DNA of 64,000 bases from Eledone cirrhosa (Eukaryota). A program made the translations under genes and the position numbers. The stretch covers positions 32,054,001 through 32,118,000 of the forward strand of contig OZ024748.1 in NCBI GenBank assembly GCA_964016885.1, written 5' to 3'. Shown here piece after piece: positions 12,896 to 26,469 of this stretch. The first letter of the stretch is position 1; every line of letters begins with the position of its first letter. Under the pieces are notes generated by a model. That model saw nothing but the letters and a program-made list of their open reading frames with translations. It had not been told where the DNA came from and did no database searches.

Positions 12896-15405
12896 GAATT
12901 CAAATTCTCATTTTTCTCTCTGATTTTCAATTAATATCTTACATGTTTTTAATAATATGTCTCATTCTGTTGGACCCTTCCTAAAAACTAATCTTCTCCT
13001 AATGTTACCCATTTCCCACCCTCCGACTATTGCTATATGGTTCAATCATAACTGAGCGGCTTATAGTAAGTTCTCTAACAAATCAGTATAGCAAAGCTAC
13101 CACCTCGGTTACTACTCCTTAATTTTAGACCTGTTTGATGGGTGGACTGCGGAATTTGGAAAGTTTAAGCACTCAATGACAATGTAACAGATAAAGATAA
13201 ATTCTCCTCCCGCTGCAGGATGACCAATATAATTCCGTCTACCACACCCCTCTCTGCCCCTCCAACCCATCCATCCCAACTTCAGAGTTGGTACCATGAA
13301 CGTAGGCACATTGAAAGGTCGCTCAAATGAGGTTGTAGAGATGCTTGAACGTAAAAAGTTGATGTTTGTTGTATTCAAGAGACTAGGTGGAGAAGTGGGT
13401 CTGCCAGATTCATCATGGGTAAAAAACGATGCTATAAACTTTTCTGGGTGAGAAATGACAACGGACTGGGTGGTGCAGGAATTATGTTAGCTGAAAAATG
13501 GGTAGATAAGGTAATTGACACAAATAGAGTGAATGACAGAATAATTAAAATAAGACTAGTCCTAAATAGAACTACCGTGACAATAATATCCGCTTATGCA
13601 CCCCAATCTGGTCTACGTGACTTTATAAAGGACAGGTTCTATGAGACGCTAATGCACACAACCTCCCAAATAACCGCAAGTGACTACTTAATTATTGCTA
13701 GCGATCTAAATAGTCACGTTGGACAACATAGTGATGGCTATGATGGAATCCATGGAGGCTATGGGGTTGGAATAGAAATGATGAAGGCTTCAGAATCCTG
13801 GAATTCTGTGATGCTAATAACATAAATATCTGTAAACTTCAAAAAACGAGAAAACCACTTGATCACCTATAGATCAGGGTAACACGCCAGCCAGATAGAT
13901 AGATTATATCCTTACTAGAAGACGTGACAAAGTGTCTGTTGTAAACACTAAATCCCTCCCCCGTGAAGAATGCACCTCCCAACATAGCCTAGTAGTTAGT
14001 GACCTCATAGTCAAGAATAGACGTACTCAACGACAGAGGAGGCCTACCTTGAGGAAAAGAATATGGAAGTTAAAGGACCCCATAACCAGTGACAAATTTA
14101 AAAGCTTATTACTTGATGCCTTTGACAATAAGGAAGAGCAATTAGAGATGTGCAATATAGAGGAACAGTGGCAATTCTTCAAAGTGAACCTGCTGAAAGC
14201 AACGGATGAAATCTGTGGCTGGAGCAGACCTATTAGCAGGAGGAGAGTAACTTGGTGGTGGAACAGTAAAGTGGAGGAGACAATCAAGGCCAAAAAGCAG
14301 GCTTGGAAAGTATGGCAGGATGGGGGAAGTAGAGAGAACTATCAAGTGGCCAGGAGAGAAGCTAGGAGACAAGTGTACCTTGCAAAAAAGGGAAACAGAG
14401 GATAGAAAATTCAAGCATGTTCTACAACGTGAGGACCCAAAACGTGAGGTGTTCAGGATTGCTAGGCAATGTGTCAAGGAAAACTGTGATATTGTCGGGT
14501 AGAAGTGTGTCCATAATGATAACGGTGTACTTGCCCTCACTGATACTGATAAGAAGATAGCCTGGAAGTGTCACTACAAGAGACAATTAAATGAGGAGAA
14601 TAAATGGGAAAAAGATAGTCTGCCCCAAATCGATCCAATAGAAGGACCAGTGGTGCAGGTTAAAGGTAGCATAATAAGTAAGGCAATCAAAGATTGGATG
14701 TGTAATAGTAATATACGTGAACGGCAAACCATAAATGAACTAAGTGAGAAACTAGGAATAAAAGGGATCAGATGCTGTTTACTTGAGAGAAGACTACATT
14801 GGTATGGCCACGTGATGCGCATGAAAGACGATAGCTGTATAAAAAAGTGCAGGGCAATTAAAATTGATGGTAGTTACGGAGTATATAGACCCAGTAAAAC
14901 CTGGGACGATGTGATAAATTCCCACCTTACACCTCTCTAAGACAATGTCACTGGAACGAGATCTTTGGCGTTACGCAGTAATACAGAAGACCCACCTTGC
15001 CTATGTACAAAGTGAAACCTACAGACAGTAGCCACCTCTTAACCAAATATACACCCCAATCCAATACCCCTACCCTATCCTCCCACTCCCACCAACACCA
15101 CCCTCTCTCTATAAAGTTGGCCACAACATCCAGTCCAAATAAATGAGATAATGAGATCGAGATCGTGTAGGTGTCACAACAAAAAACACACAGTCCACGC
15201 TGTAATGTGGCCGTGTAGGTAACATGGTAAAAAGTTCCCAGTTCCACACTGTAAATGTGGTTGGTGTTAGGAAGGGCATCCAGCTTTCCTATATGAGCGA
15301 GACACGGTCGCCCGACTAACCTTGCTTCAAGTGGGACAACTCTGGTCTAACCCATGCTAGCATGGAAGATGGACGTTAAACGAAGATGATTATGATGATG
15401 ATGAT
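12896..15405 (+). mobile_element. RTE LINE with 5' UTR and APE domain; ~1.3 kb internal deletion removes the RT
   Basis: APE motifs (GTMNVGTL, SAYAPQ, SDLN). Junction AIKD|WMCNS at ~14692. (GAT)n tail. Colinear with the longer copy at 51088-54955. Confidence 0.9.
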
Positions 15406-15942
15406 ATACATATTATAGATACACTATGCACAGTATATATAATACACTATATATGATGTCCAAGAGAAAGGCAATGGTTGATACAGCTTGGCACCAGTGA
15501 TATCACAGAATAAACAATATGTATACACTATATATTAAATTTCAATGTTATTAAAGTGTATAGATATGACAGTATAAGACTGATGTAGGGGAATTAAAAT
15601 TGTATATATATATAATTGTTACACAAGAAATAATTAGATTAATTAAACTTATAATTGTTTCTACTTTTTGGCACAAGGCCAGCAATTAATCCAGTACATT
15701 ACTGTAATGGAGACAGAAGGTATGCGGTGTCGTTGGGAATGTTTCAACTCTCGTACCGGTGTCATACGTTAAAAGTCCCCGATATAATTTAATATCTTGA
15801 GACAGTTCCAATCGTATTTAATTTATTGTAAATCAGAAAATATCACTCAATTAAATATCAATTATATATCAATAAGAAAACCTCTACGTAGTCTCTCTGG
15901 CTGCTAGAAATAACAGCGATATTATCCATTACAACTGCTCTG

Positions 15943-15978
<36 letters not shown>

Positions 15979-16547
15979 GTGTGTACATAAGGTTTTGGTA
16001 TATGTACGCTTGGTGAACATGTGTATTTACCTGTAGGTGTGCGTTCTACACGCATTTATGCGTGCATATTTATATATGTATATATAATTATATGTATCTA
16101 CACACACACAAACATATATTTATATGTGTATTTGCTGTATACGTTCGTATGTGTGCCGCCCCGGTTTACGTCCGTGTGCGCGCGTTTATGTGTACGTACA
16201 TGTATATGCATGCATTGTGTGTGTTTTCGCATATGCACGTGTATAAATGTGTGTATGTATATGTTTAATTATTATTACTTTTATGATTTTAATAACCTCT
16301 GTCATTTTCGTTCAACTAATTTATTTACATTATTCTGAACTCCGAAGCTGAGCATCATTCAATTTACTAAATAATATATTAGTCTACGACACCATTTATA
16401 CCATAAACGTGGTTTTGTCTTTACGTGTAATTGTTGTCACGTTCCACATAACGAGTATTATCTTCGCTTTTTTCCGTACATTGCCTGGGAACGTCATCAC
16501 GAACCAAAGCCCAAATTATTTTCATATACAGTATATATATATAAATA

Positions 16548-16795
16548 TAAAATACAATATGTTGAAAAGGTAACAAACTAGATATATATATATTTAATTA
16601 CCGTGTGTCTACCCTGCCTTTCATAGGTTATAGATTCCAGACACTGGTGGTTTTTCCCTGTTTTATTGATGGCGCACTATCTCTCTAGTGTGTTACCTTT
16701 TCAACATATTGTATTTTAAAGAGCTCAGGATTCCTTCACCTTTGAGCACATTATTGACAGGGAAGAGCGAGAGTCTGTGGCTCCGTTAATCTATC
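16548..16795. repeat. Small insertion with 35-bp inverted repeats (possible Penelope terminal remnant)
   Basis: TAAAATACAATATGTTGAAAAGGTAACA (16548) and its reverse complement at ~16690-16718, embedded in TA runs. Absent from unit 3. Confidence 0.4.
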
Positions 16796-16820
16796 ATGAT
16801 ATATATAAATATATATATGT

Positions 16821-16854
<34 letters not shown>

Positions 16855-16860
16855 GTACAC

Positions 16861-16892
<32 letters not shown>

Positions 16893-19800
16893 ACATATAT
16901 ATACATATATCTCAAAGGCGGTGCCCCAGCATGGCCTCAGCCAGATGGCTGGAACAGGTATAAGGATAAAAGAATATAATATATACGTCTATATTCATAT
17001 ATTGTATTCATCCACATCACAATTTAAACTCAATTTTACATGCTAGCATGGGTCAGACAAGTGGTCCTGTTGTGTGAAAACCTAGATCAAATAACCGTGT
17101 CTTGCTCATGCAAGAACCATTTCTGGTTGGTTTCTATGGATGCCCTTCCTAACTCCAACCACATTTACAGTGTGGACTTGGTATTTATTGTGTTGCTAAC
17201 ATGACCAACCTACAGGGTCGACTGGGTGCTTTTCATTGTCTCACCATCAAGATCACTACCTAACAGGGCAAACTGGGTTCTCTTTGTCATGTCACCAATA
17301 TGACAACTTTGAAGGGTGGTTCATGTGCCATCAGTCTTGCCACGAGCATAACTACTTTACAGAGTGGGCTAGGGGTCTCCTGTAATGTCTAACTCACAGG
17401 GTGAACTGGGTGGTTTTTGTCATGTCACCAGCATGACTACCTTGCAGGGAGGGTTAGGTGTTCTTTTGTCATGCTACATAACAGAGAGGACTTGGTGCTC
17501 TTTTGTCATGACACATGCATGACCACCTTACAGGGTTGCCTGAGGGCTTTTAGCCATTTCAGCATCATTGGAGTAGAGCATGTTAAGCTTTCCATACTTG
17601 TATACATAGGATGGTCAAGAGAGATGTATCAGATGTGAAAGTGGGGGTGGGGTAGTGTGTATGTAGGGTGGGGATTGGAGAGGTAGGTCAGGGTGGTGTA
17701 CTTAGCTGGTAAGGGCGTGGAGTGTTAAGATATGGAGAGGAGGAAAATTGGAGCATACATCAAAACACTAAATATTGCTTCATCCCGTGCACATTGGAAT
17801 GCAGGTCACCTGCAGTAGTGTACAACACCAGAGATTTCAATCCTGTGTCATCACCTTTGAGAGGTACAATGGTGTCAGGTCAGCTTTTACCTCCTCATCC
17901 CAAGCTTTCCTAGGTCTTCCTCTTCCATCAATTTCAAGATGTCAACCTTTTATACAGCATCTCTACCTTCATATGCATCACATGTCCATAACAATGCAAT
18001 CTACACTCCTGCATACTGTATCTTATCCCTCTCATGCCCAGGTTCTCTCTCAGTTTATTAACATTTTGTTCTTCATGTATATTACTATTACACATCCGTC
18101 GGAGAAATCAAGCTTCATTTCTATCCAATCTTCTGAGATCCTCTGCACACACTGCCCAGATCTCACTGCAATGCAGCATTGCTGTTCAAATGCACACATC
18201 AATTAAATGAAACAACCTTTTGTAGCTAGCAGCAGTAGTAGCACCCTAAACCTTTGCCATCTTGTTCTTACTCTGGTTAGTGTACTTTCAGAACACCTAC
18301 CTACACTGCTAATTTGTCAGCCTGGTAACAGAAACTGTCCACTGTTTCTATGGAATCCTTTAAATATTTGATAGATCTTGTCTCCTATAAGTGATTGCTT
18401 CTTAATGCTCCAGTGCAAAGACCCCATGTAAAACCTACGTTCTTAGTTAACTTACCTTGTATCCCACTAAATCTCTTGTGTACCCATAGTCTATTTAGTG
18501 TAAATAATGTTTCATACACATAACATGTATGTGTAACCACTGGTTTCCAAGTCCACTTATGGCCACCACTGTTTATTGGGGTGAGCCACTTCCAAACAGA
18601 CCCTTCATTAGGCATGCTGAAAAATATATTAAAAATTCTTTCCTACAACAATTTTCACCCCAAACAAAAGAGAGTTTCATATTGTCAAAAAAAGAGGTAA
18701 ATCTTTAGTGGTGAAAATGTCAGACTTAATTATATATGTAATTAGACACACATAGAAGTGGTTGATAGCTTTTACAATCTAGGTGACTTAATTAGCAGTG
18801 GAAGGGTCTGCTCTGAAAGATGAATAGCTAGAATAAGGATGGGATGGAAAAAGTTTAGATGGCTACTGCAACAGTTGACCACAAAAGGTTCCTCTCTCTG
18901 TACAAAAGGACGACTGTATGACACATGTAGGTGATGTGCAATGATGTATGGTAACAAAACAAAGGCTGTGACTGCAGAGGATATGTAGACAGGAGAGAAA
19001 TGAAACAACAATGCTTTGTAGGATATGTTATGTAAGTTTGGGAGAAAGGCAGAGCTTGGACAAGTTCAAGAAGAAGCTGGGTTTAAGAGTAATCTGAAGT
19101 GGTGTGTAAGAGAGAAGACTTTGTTTGTACGGACATGGGATGCACATGGATAATGACCACTGGGTGATGAAGTGCCAGGAAATCCCAGTGGAAGGAGGCC
19201 ATAGTAGAGGTAGACCAAGAAAGACCTGGACAGAGGCTGTGTGAACTGACTTCAAATAACTGAATCTCACAGAGGACATGACAAAGAAACATGACGAGTT
19301 GAAAGATGCCATATTGAGAAGGACCTGTCCATCCCAAGGAAGCATGGAAAAACCGACATAAAAACAGTGATGGGGGTTGATGAAGATGACGTACATATAC
19401 ACACACACATAATCAAATGAATCAAATACAGATATGCACATACTTATATACAAACACATATACAAATATATACATGGAGACAAATTTCTACACACATACA
19501 TTCACATATATATAGCATATGTAAATTCTGAACGATACAGTTTTGTCAGCAAAACTCTTGGTTACAACTTCTACAAATAAAATGAAAGGAGAAGAATTTC
19601 TTAGTAAAACAGTTTTATTCAAAACATTTACAACATTGGTGGCACTATTTTGGGTGAGTGACATGGTTTTTATCTTGTCTGATTGTGTTTGTGTTGCTTC
19701 AAGTAACCTTTACAAGACATCACATTGATCTAGTTCCTCTCCTGTTAGTGTCTAGTGAAACCACAACATTTAGAGAAGGATTTACCACAGACATCACAGT

Positions 19801-20052
19801 GATATGGTTCCTCTCCTGTATATGTTAGTTTCTAGAGAAGTCACATTTAGAGAAAGGTTTACCACAGACATCACAGTGATATGGTTCCTCTCCTGTATAT
19901 GTTATTGTCTAGTGAAGCCACAACATTTAGAGAATGATTTACTAAATATATCAAAGTGATATGGCTTCCCAGCTGTATGTATATATGTTTGTGTGTAGTT
20001 AATGTAACAATTTCCCTCAGTTGTCAAAATGATATATATTTGTATTCTCATT

Positions 20053-20230
20053 GGCAGTATCGGTAGAGAGTCGGACACCATGCTTTGACGCATAGAGTTA
20101 TGGCCCTTGCCATTCTGAGTTCAAATCCCGCCGAGATTAACATTGCCTTTCATCCTTACGGGGTCGATAAAATAAAGTACCAGTAATGCACTCGGTATTT
20201 GCTGGCCTTGTGCCAAAAATAGAAACAATT
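20053..20230 (+). mobile_element. tRNA-derived SINE (Meta-domain type) in the ZNF copy 2 3' UTR
   Basis: Box A-like TGGCAGTATCGGTA, box B GAGTTCAAATCCC and central GCCTTTCATCCTT.CGGGGTCGATAAAAT. Paralogous sites (8260-8275, 37757-37772) are empty. Confidence 0.8.
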
Positions 20231-20313
20231 AATTCACAAATGTGAGGGAATGATTTATTACTGATGTCAATGTTATGATTTGATCTGTATGTATAAGCTT
20301 GTGTGTAGTTAGG

Positions 20314-21687
20314 CTACTTTTCCAAGTGATATGGCTTGTCTCCTGTATGTATACGTTTGTGGCTAGTTAAGTGATTACTTTCAGAGAATGATATACCACA
20401 GATATCACAGTGATATGGCTTGTCTCCTGTTTGTATACATTTGTGGCTAGTTAAGTGACTACTTTGAGAGAATGATTTACTACAGATATCACAGTGAAAT
20501 GGCTTGTCACCTGTATGGGTACGTTTGTGGATAGGTAAGTGACTACTTCGAGAGAATGATTTACCACAGATATTACAGTGATATGGCTTGTCACCTGTAT
20601 GTATACGTTTGTGGCTAGTTAAGGTACCACTTTGTGAGAATGATTTACCACAGATATCACAGTGATATGGCTTGTCTCCTGTATGTATACGTTTGTGGCA
20701 AGTTAAGGCACTACTTTGAGAGAATAATATACCACAGATATCACAGTGATATGGCTTGTCTCCTGTATGGGTACGTTTGTGCTTAGTTAATGTAGAACTT
20801 CGAGAGAATGATTTACCACAGATATCACAGTGATATGGCTTGTCTCCTGTATGTATACGTTTGTGTCTAGTTAAGGTACTACTTTGAAAGAATGATTTAC
20901 CACAGGTCTCACAATGATATGGCTCGTCTCCTGTATGTATACGTTTGTGCTTAATTAAGGTACGACTTCCAGAGAATGATTTACCACAGATATCACAGTG
21001 AAATGGCTTCTCTTCTGTATGTATACATTCGTGGCTAGTTAAGGTACTACTTTGAGAGAATGATTTACCACAGGTATCACAGTAATATGGCTTGTCTCCT
21101 GTATGTATACGTTTGTGCCTAGTTAATGTACAACTTCGAGAGAATGATTTACCACAGATATCACAGTGATATGGCTTGTCTCCTGTATGTATACGTTTGT
21201 GTATAGTTAAATGAAAACTTACAGAGAATGATTTACCACAAATATCACAGTGATATGGCTTTTCACCTGTATGTATTCGATTGTGCGTAGTTAAGGTACT
21301 ACTTACAGAGAATGATTTACCACAGGTATCACATTGGTATGGCTTGTCTCCGGTATGGGTACGTTTGTGAGGAATTAACTGACTAATTTGAGAGAATGAT
21401 TTACCACAGATATCACAGGGATATGGTTTCTCTCCTGTATGTATACGATTGTGGTTAGTTAAGGCACTACTTTGAGAGAATGATACCCCACAAATCTCAC
21501 AATGATATGGCTTATCTCCAATATGTATACATTTATGTCTAGTCAAGGCACTACTATCAGAAAATGATTTACCACAGATATCACAGTGATATGGCTTCTC
21601 TTCTCTAACCTTCATCATCTCACCAGGAATACTAAACATTTTCGATTGTGTTTCACATTTAATCTTTTCACTCAATTTATTTTCCAT
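20314..21687 (-). CDS. Poly-C2H2 (Kruppel-type) zinc-finger protein, 457 aa, 15 tandem fingers, no recognisable effector domain
   Basis: Uninterrupted ORF with 15 repeats of Y/F-x-C-x2-C-x3-F-x5-L-x2-H-x3-H and TGDKP/TGEKP linkers. Finger 14 has its last H replaced by Q. A 16th finger is lost by deletion (ends YHLEK). Confidence 0.9.
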   Translation of the reverse strand: MENKLSEKIKCETQSKMFSIPGEMMKVREEKPYHCDICGKSFSDSSALTRHKCIHIGDKPYHCEICGVSFSQSSALTNHNRIHTGEKPYPCDICGKSFSQISQLIPHKRTHTGDKPYQCDTCGKSFSVSSTLTTHNRIHTGEKPYHCDICGKSFSVSFHLTIHKRIHTGDKPYHCDICGKSFSRSCTLTRHKRIHTGDKPYYCDTCGKSFSQSSTLTSHECIHTEEKPFHCDICGKSFSGSRTLIKHKRIHTGDEPYHCETCGKSFFQSSTLTRHKRIHTGDKPYHCDICGKSFSRSSTLTKHKRTHTGDKPYHCDICGILFSQSSALTCHKRIHTGDKPYHCDICGKSFSQSGTLTSHKRIHTGDKPYHCNICGKSFSRSSHLPIHKRTHTGDKPFHCDICSKSFSQSSHLTSHKCIQTGDKPYHCDICGISFSESNHLTSHKRIHTGDKPYHLEK

Positions 21688-22223
21688 AATGATTTCTTCT
21701 TCAACAGAATATACAAATGTTTTACTTGTAATATTTTTTATATTATATTCCTAAAAAATATATCTTCTAAATTTCCCTCAACTGTAATTTCAGTTAATAT
21801 CTGAAGATAATACAAACTTATGTTTCATCCAAGTTTAGTTAAAATAGTAAACCATCTTATAGTGAAGAAAATAAACTCAGTTCTGAAGAAATATCTCACA
21901 GTAATTCGACGACAGATTTATGTAAACAGTGTTATATAAGTTCTGTTTAAAAAGTTTTAGTCTTCAAATGATGATAAATAGAGGTGATGTATCCAAGATT
22001 GAAAATAATAATTTATCCCAATGTCATCTGATATTCTGAAATAAGAAAGAAACATTGAGATAATAGAGAATACTTAAGAAGCAGAGATAGATTTAACAGT
22101 GGGAATATTACAAAATTACCATATTTCCGAGCGTCGAAGACGTTACTTTTTCACTAATATAAGTCTCAAAAATCTACCATACTTCCTGGAGCCTGAAGGT
22201 TGCTTATTATTATTTTTCAAAAA

Positions 22224-22403
22224 GGTGGTGGATTGGCAGTATTGGTAGAGGGTCGGGCGCCATGCTTTTAAGCATAGAGTTACCTCCTTTATGATCTGAG
22301 TTCAAATCCCGCCGAGGTTAACTTTGCCTTTCATCCTTATGGGGTTGATAAAATAAAGTACCAGTAATGCACTGGGTATTTGCTGGCCTTGTGCCAAAAG
22401 TAT
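22224..22403 (+). mobile_element. Second Meta-type SINE, in the ZNF copy 2 intron
   Basis: Same box A/B and central domain as 20053-20230. Not present at the paralogous positions in units 1 and 3. Confidence 0.8.
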
Positions 22404-23719
22404 AAGTATACCTGTGTGATGTTTATTTATATAAACCAAGGCTATATATATGTCAAACTACAGCTGCACCATCACGATAGCGGTGTCATCTAGTACAGGG
22501 CGCCAAAACTGGTAACCTTGTGAGATGGGTTTGGCTCGGCCGACTGGCTACCCTCCCCATAGTGGTGCAGCCAACTGGCCAGCTCTTCTCGTAACCGTAC
22601 CATCCAGTAGCAGTCACCATAACTATGGTAACATCATGGTTTGGCGCAGCTGGCCACCAAGTACCAGGCCCAAAAATTATAGTTCCACAGTGAGATGGGT
22701 TCAGTGCAGTCAACTGGTTCATGTTAGGAAGGGAATCTAGCTGTAAAATACCTGACCAAATTACAGACCTCGCCTGAGCAACCATGGCCAGAATTGCCTC
22801 CTGGTGTGGATGACCTGTCTAATCCATGCAAGAATGGAAAAATGGACGTTAAATGGTGATGATACAGACATATATATATATATCACCCCCACACTGGACA
22901 TGTAAAAGACACAGCAAAAAGCACCCAGCCCACACTGTAAAGTGGACATGTAGGTGTCTTGGGAAATGCACCCAGTCCACACTGTCAATGTGGTTGCCGT
23001 TAGGAAGGGCATCCAGCCATAGAAAGCTAGCCAGAACCAGCCCTATATGAGTGAGACACGGTCACCTGATCCAAATTGCCTCTAAATGGGACCCATCTAA
23101 CCCATGCTAGTGAGGAAGATGGATGTTAATTGATGATGATGATGATGATTTATAATAAAATGTAGTTTGCTTGAAGCATTCTATATAAAATATAACGTTG
23201 AAAGAGATAGAAGGCTAAACAATGCAAAATGGACTGTAAGATGAGGTAAGAAAAAGTAAAAGTTACCTGGTAATCTTTGTTTTTTTTTTTGCTGTTGTTC
23301 TTTTATTTGTACAATATTGCAGGACCTAAAAGTCCTTTCTTCAGGGTTTAACCTTTTAGCATTTACATTAATACATATATACTATTATATTTCCATGGTA
23401 AAGTCTTTACCTCACATAACATTTACATTATTCTATAGTTACTATTGTATTTTCACAGTAAAGTCTTTATCTCACATATGTCACATAAAATCGAATCTAT
23501 GAGATTTTGATATTATTCATATTGAGAACAATACCATAACATCAGTATGAGTGGCCAGTTACGGCTGGTTTGAACAGAAAGGGGGAACAGAATTTTGGCC
23601 GGTTTAAATGCTGAAGAGTTAAGCAACTTTCAGTGGATGATGTTCCAATTTCCCCTTTTCAGGAATAAATTTTGATTTTGATGAAAATCTTTTCTAAGTC
23701 GTTTTCAAGCATTTTATAA

Positions 23720-24771
23720 AATTGATGGAAGCTATGAAGTAGGAAGACATAGTTTGAGGTGATAAAAGCTGACCTCACACAATTGATGGGAGTTATGGAG
23801 TAGGAAGATCTGGGATGAGGTGATAAAAGCTGACTTGACACAATTGATGGAAACTATGGTGTAAGAAGACATGGGATGAGGTGATAAAAGCTGACCTCAC
23901 CCAATTGATGGAAACTATGGAGTAGGAAGACCTGGGATGAGGTAATAAAAGCTGACCTCACACAATATGGAAGCTATGGAGTAGTAAGACCTGGGATGAA
24001 ATGATAAAAGCTGACCTCACACAATTGATGGAAGCTATGGAGTAGGAAGATTTGGGATGAGGTGATAAAAGCTGACCTCACACAATTGATGGAAGCTATG
24101 GAGTAGGAAGACTTGGGATGAGGTGATAAAAGCTGACCTCACACAATTGATGGAAGCTATGGAGTAGGAAGTCCTAGTTTGAGGTGATAAAAGCTGACCT
24201 CAAATAATTGATGGAAGCGATGAAGTAGGAAGACTTGGGATGAAGTGATAAAAGCTATGGAGTAGGGAGATCTAGTTTGAGGTGATAACAGCTGACCTCA
24301 CACAATTGATGGAAGCTATGGAGTAGGAAGACCTGGGATGAGGTGATAAAAGCTGACTTCACACAATTGATGGAAGCTATGGAGTAGGAAGATTTGGGAT
24401 GAGGTGATAAAAGCTGACCTCACACAATTGATGGAAGCTATGGAGTAGGAAGACTTGGGATGAGGTGATAAAAGCTGACCTCACACAATTGATGGAAGCT
24501 ATGGAGTAGGAAGTCCTAGTTTGAGGTGATAAAAGCTGACCTCAAATAATTGATGGAAGCGATGAAGTAGGAAGACTTGGGATGAAGTGATAAAAGCTAT
24601 GGAGTAGGGAGATCTAGTTTGAGGTGATAACAGCTGACCTCACACAATTGATGGAAGCTATGGAGTAGGAAGACCTGAGATGAGGTGATAAAAGCTGACC
24701 TCACACAATTGATGGCAGCTATGGAGTAGGAAGACCTAGTTTGAGGTGATAAAAGCTGACCTCACACAATT
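23720..24771 (+). repeat. 61-bp RTE-derived minisatellite, ~17 units, with a 342-bp higher-order duplication
   Basis: 61-bp period. The same series of variant units, including a 37-bp deleted unit, starts at ~24051 and again at ~24393. Confidence 0.95.
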
Positions 24772-25115
24772 GCATTTCTCAAAGACACAGGATCGAGATC
24801 TTTGGTGTTATACAGTAATATAGAAGACCAGGCTTCCCTAGCATTGGTATCAATGACTCCCACATGGACATCAATACACATCTATATATACACACATTAC
24901 TATATACACACCTAACATATCGAAGGCCCCCGTCGGTCACGAATGACCATGTGATTTACAACTAGAAAGTTCCACTCTGAGGCACAAGTCTGGTTGTTTG
25001 AGGAAGACCAGCAGTAACCCAAGTATAACCCTCTCCACGCCACCGATGTCCAAGTGAAAGGTAATGGCTGATACAGCTTGGAACCAGTGACAACACTACA
25101 TATATATACACTATA

Positions 25116-26014
<899 letters not shown>

Positions 26015-26082
26015 TATATATATTATATATATACTGTCTACATTATATAGACATTGTGTACAATATATATTATACACTATAT

Positions 26083-26460
26083 ATGTTGTCCATAAGAAAG
26101 GCAATGGCTGACACAGCTTGACACCAGTGACATCACAACATATATATACACTATATTATAAATACACTGTGTACAATATACATATATACACTATATAAGA
26201 TGTTGTCCAAGGGTAAAGCAATGGCTGATACAGCTTGACACCAGTGACATCACAACATATATATACACTGTGTACAATATATATATACACTATATATGAT
26301 GTTGTCCAAGGGAAAGGCAATGGCTCATACAACTTGACACCAGTGACATCACAACATATATATACACTATATATATATTATATATACACTGTGTACACTA
26401 TATATGTTGTCCAAGGGAAAGGCAATGGCTGACACAGCTTGGCACCAGTGACATCACAAC
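26083..26460 (+). repeat. Tandem SINE-internal ~57-bp units separated by (TATACAC)-type microsatellite (also 12628-12810, 15455-15507, 41610-41820, 43914-44195)
   Basis: Repeated GTTGTCCAAGGGAAAGGCAATGGCTGATACAGCTTGGCACCAGTGACATCACAAC. At 44150 the last unit runs on into the rest of a SINE. Confidence 0.8.
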
Positions 26461-26469
26461 ATAGTTATA

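Noticed and set aside
23720-24771. CRISPR-like array
   Set aside because: Head-to-tail repeats without unique spacers, derived from an RTE ORF, in a eukaryotic context with no cas genes.
26083-26460. Repeat-spacer array resembling CRISPR
   Set aside because: The spacers are only variable TA/CA microsatellite and the repeat is a SINE fragment.
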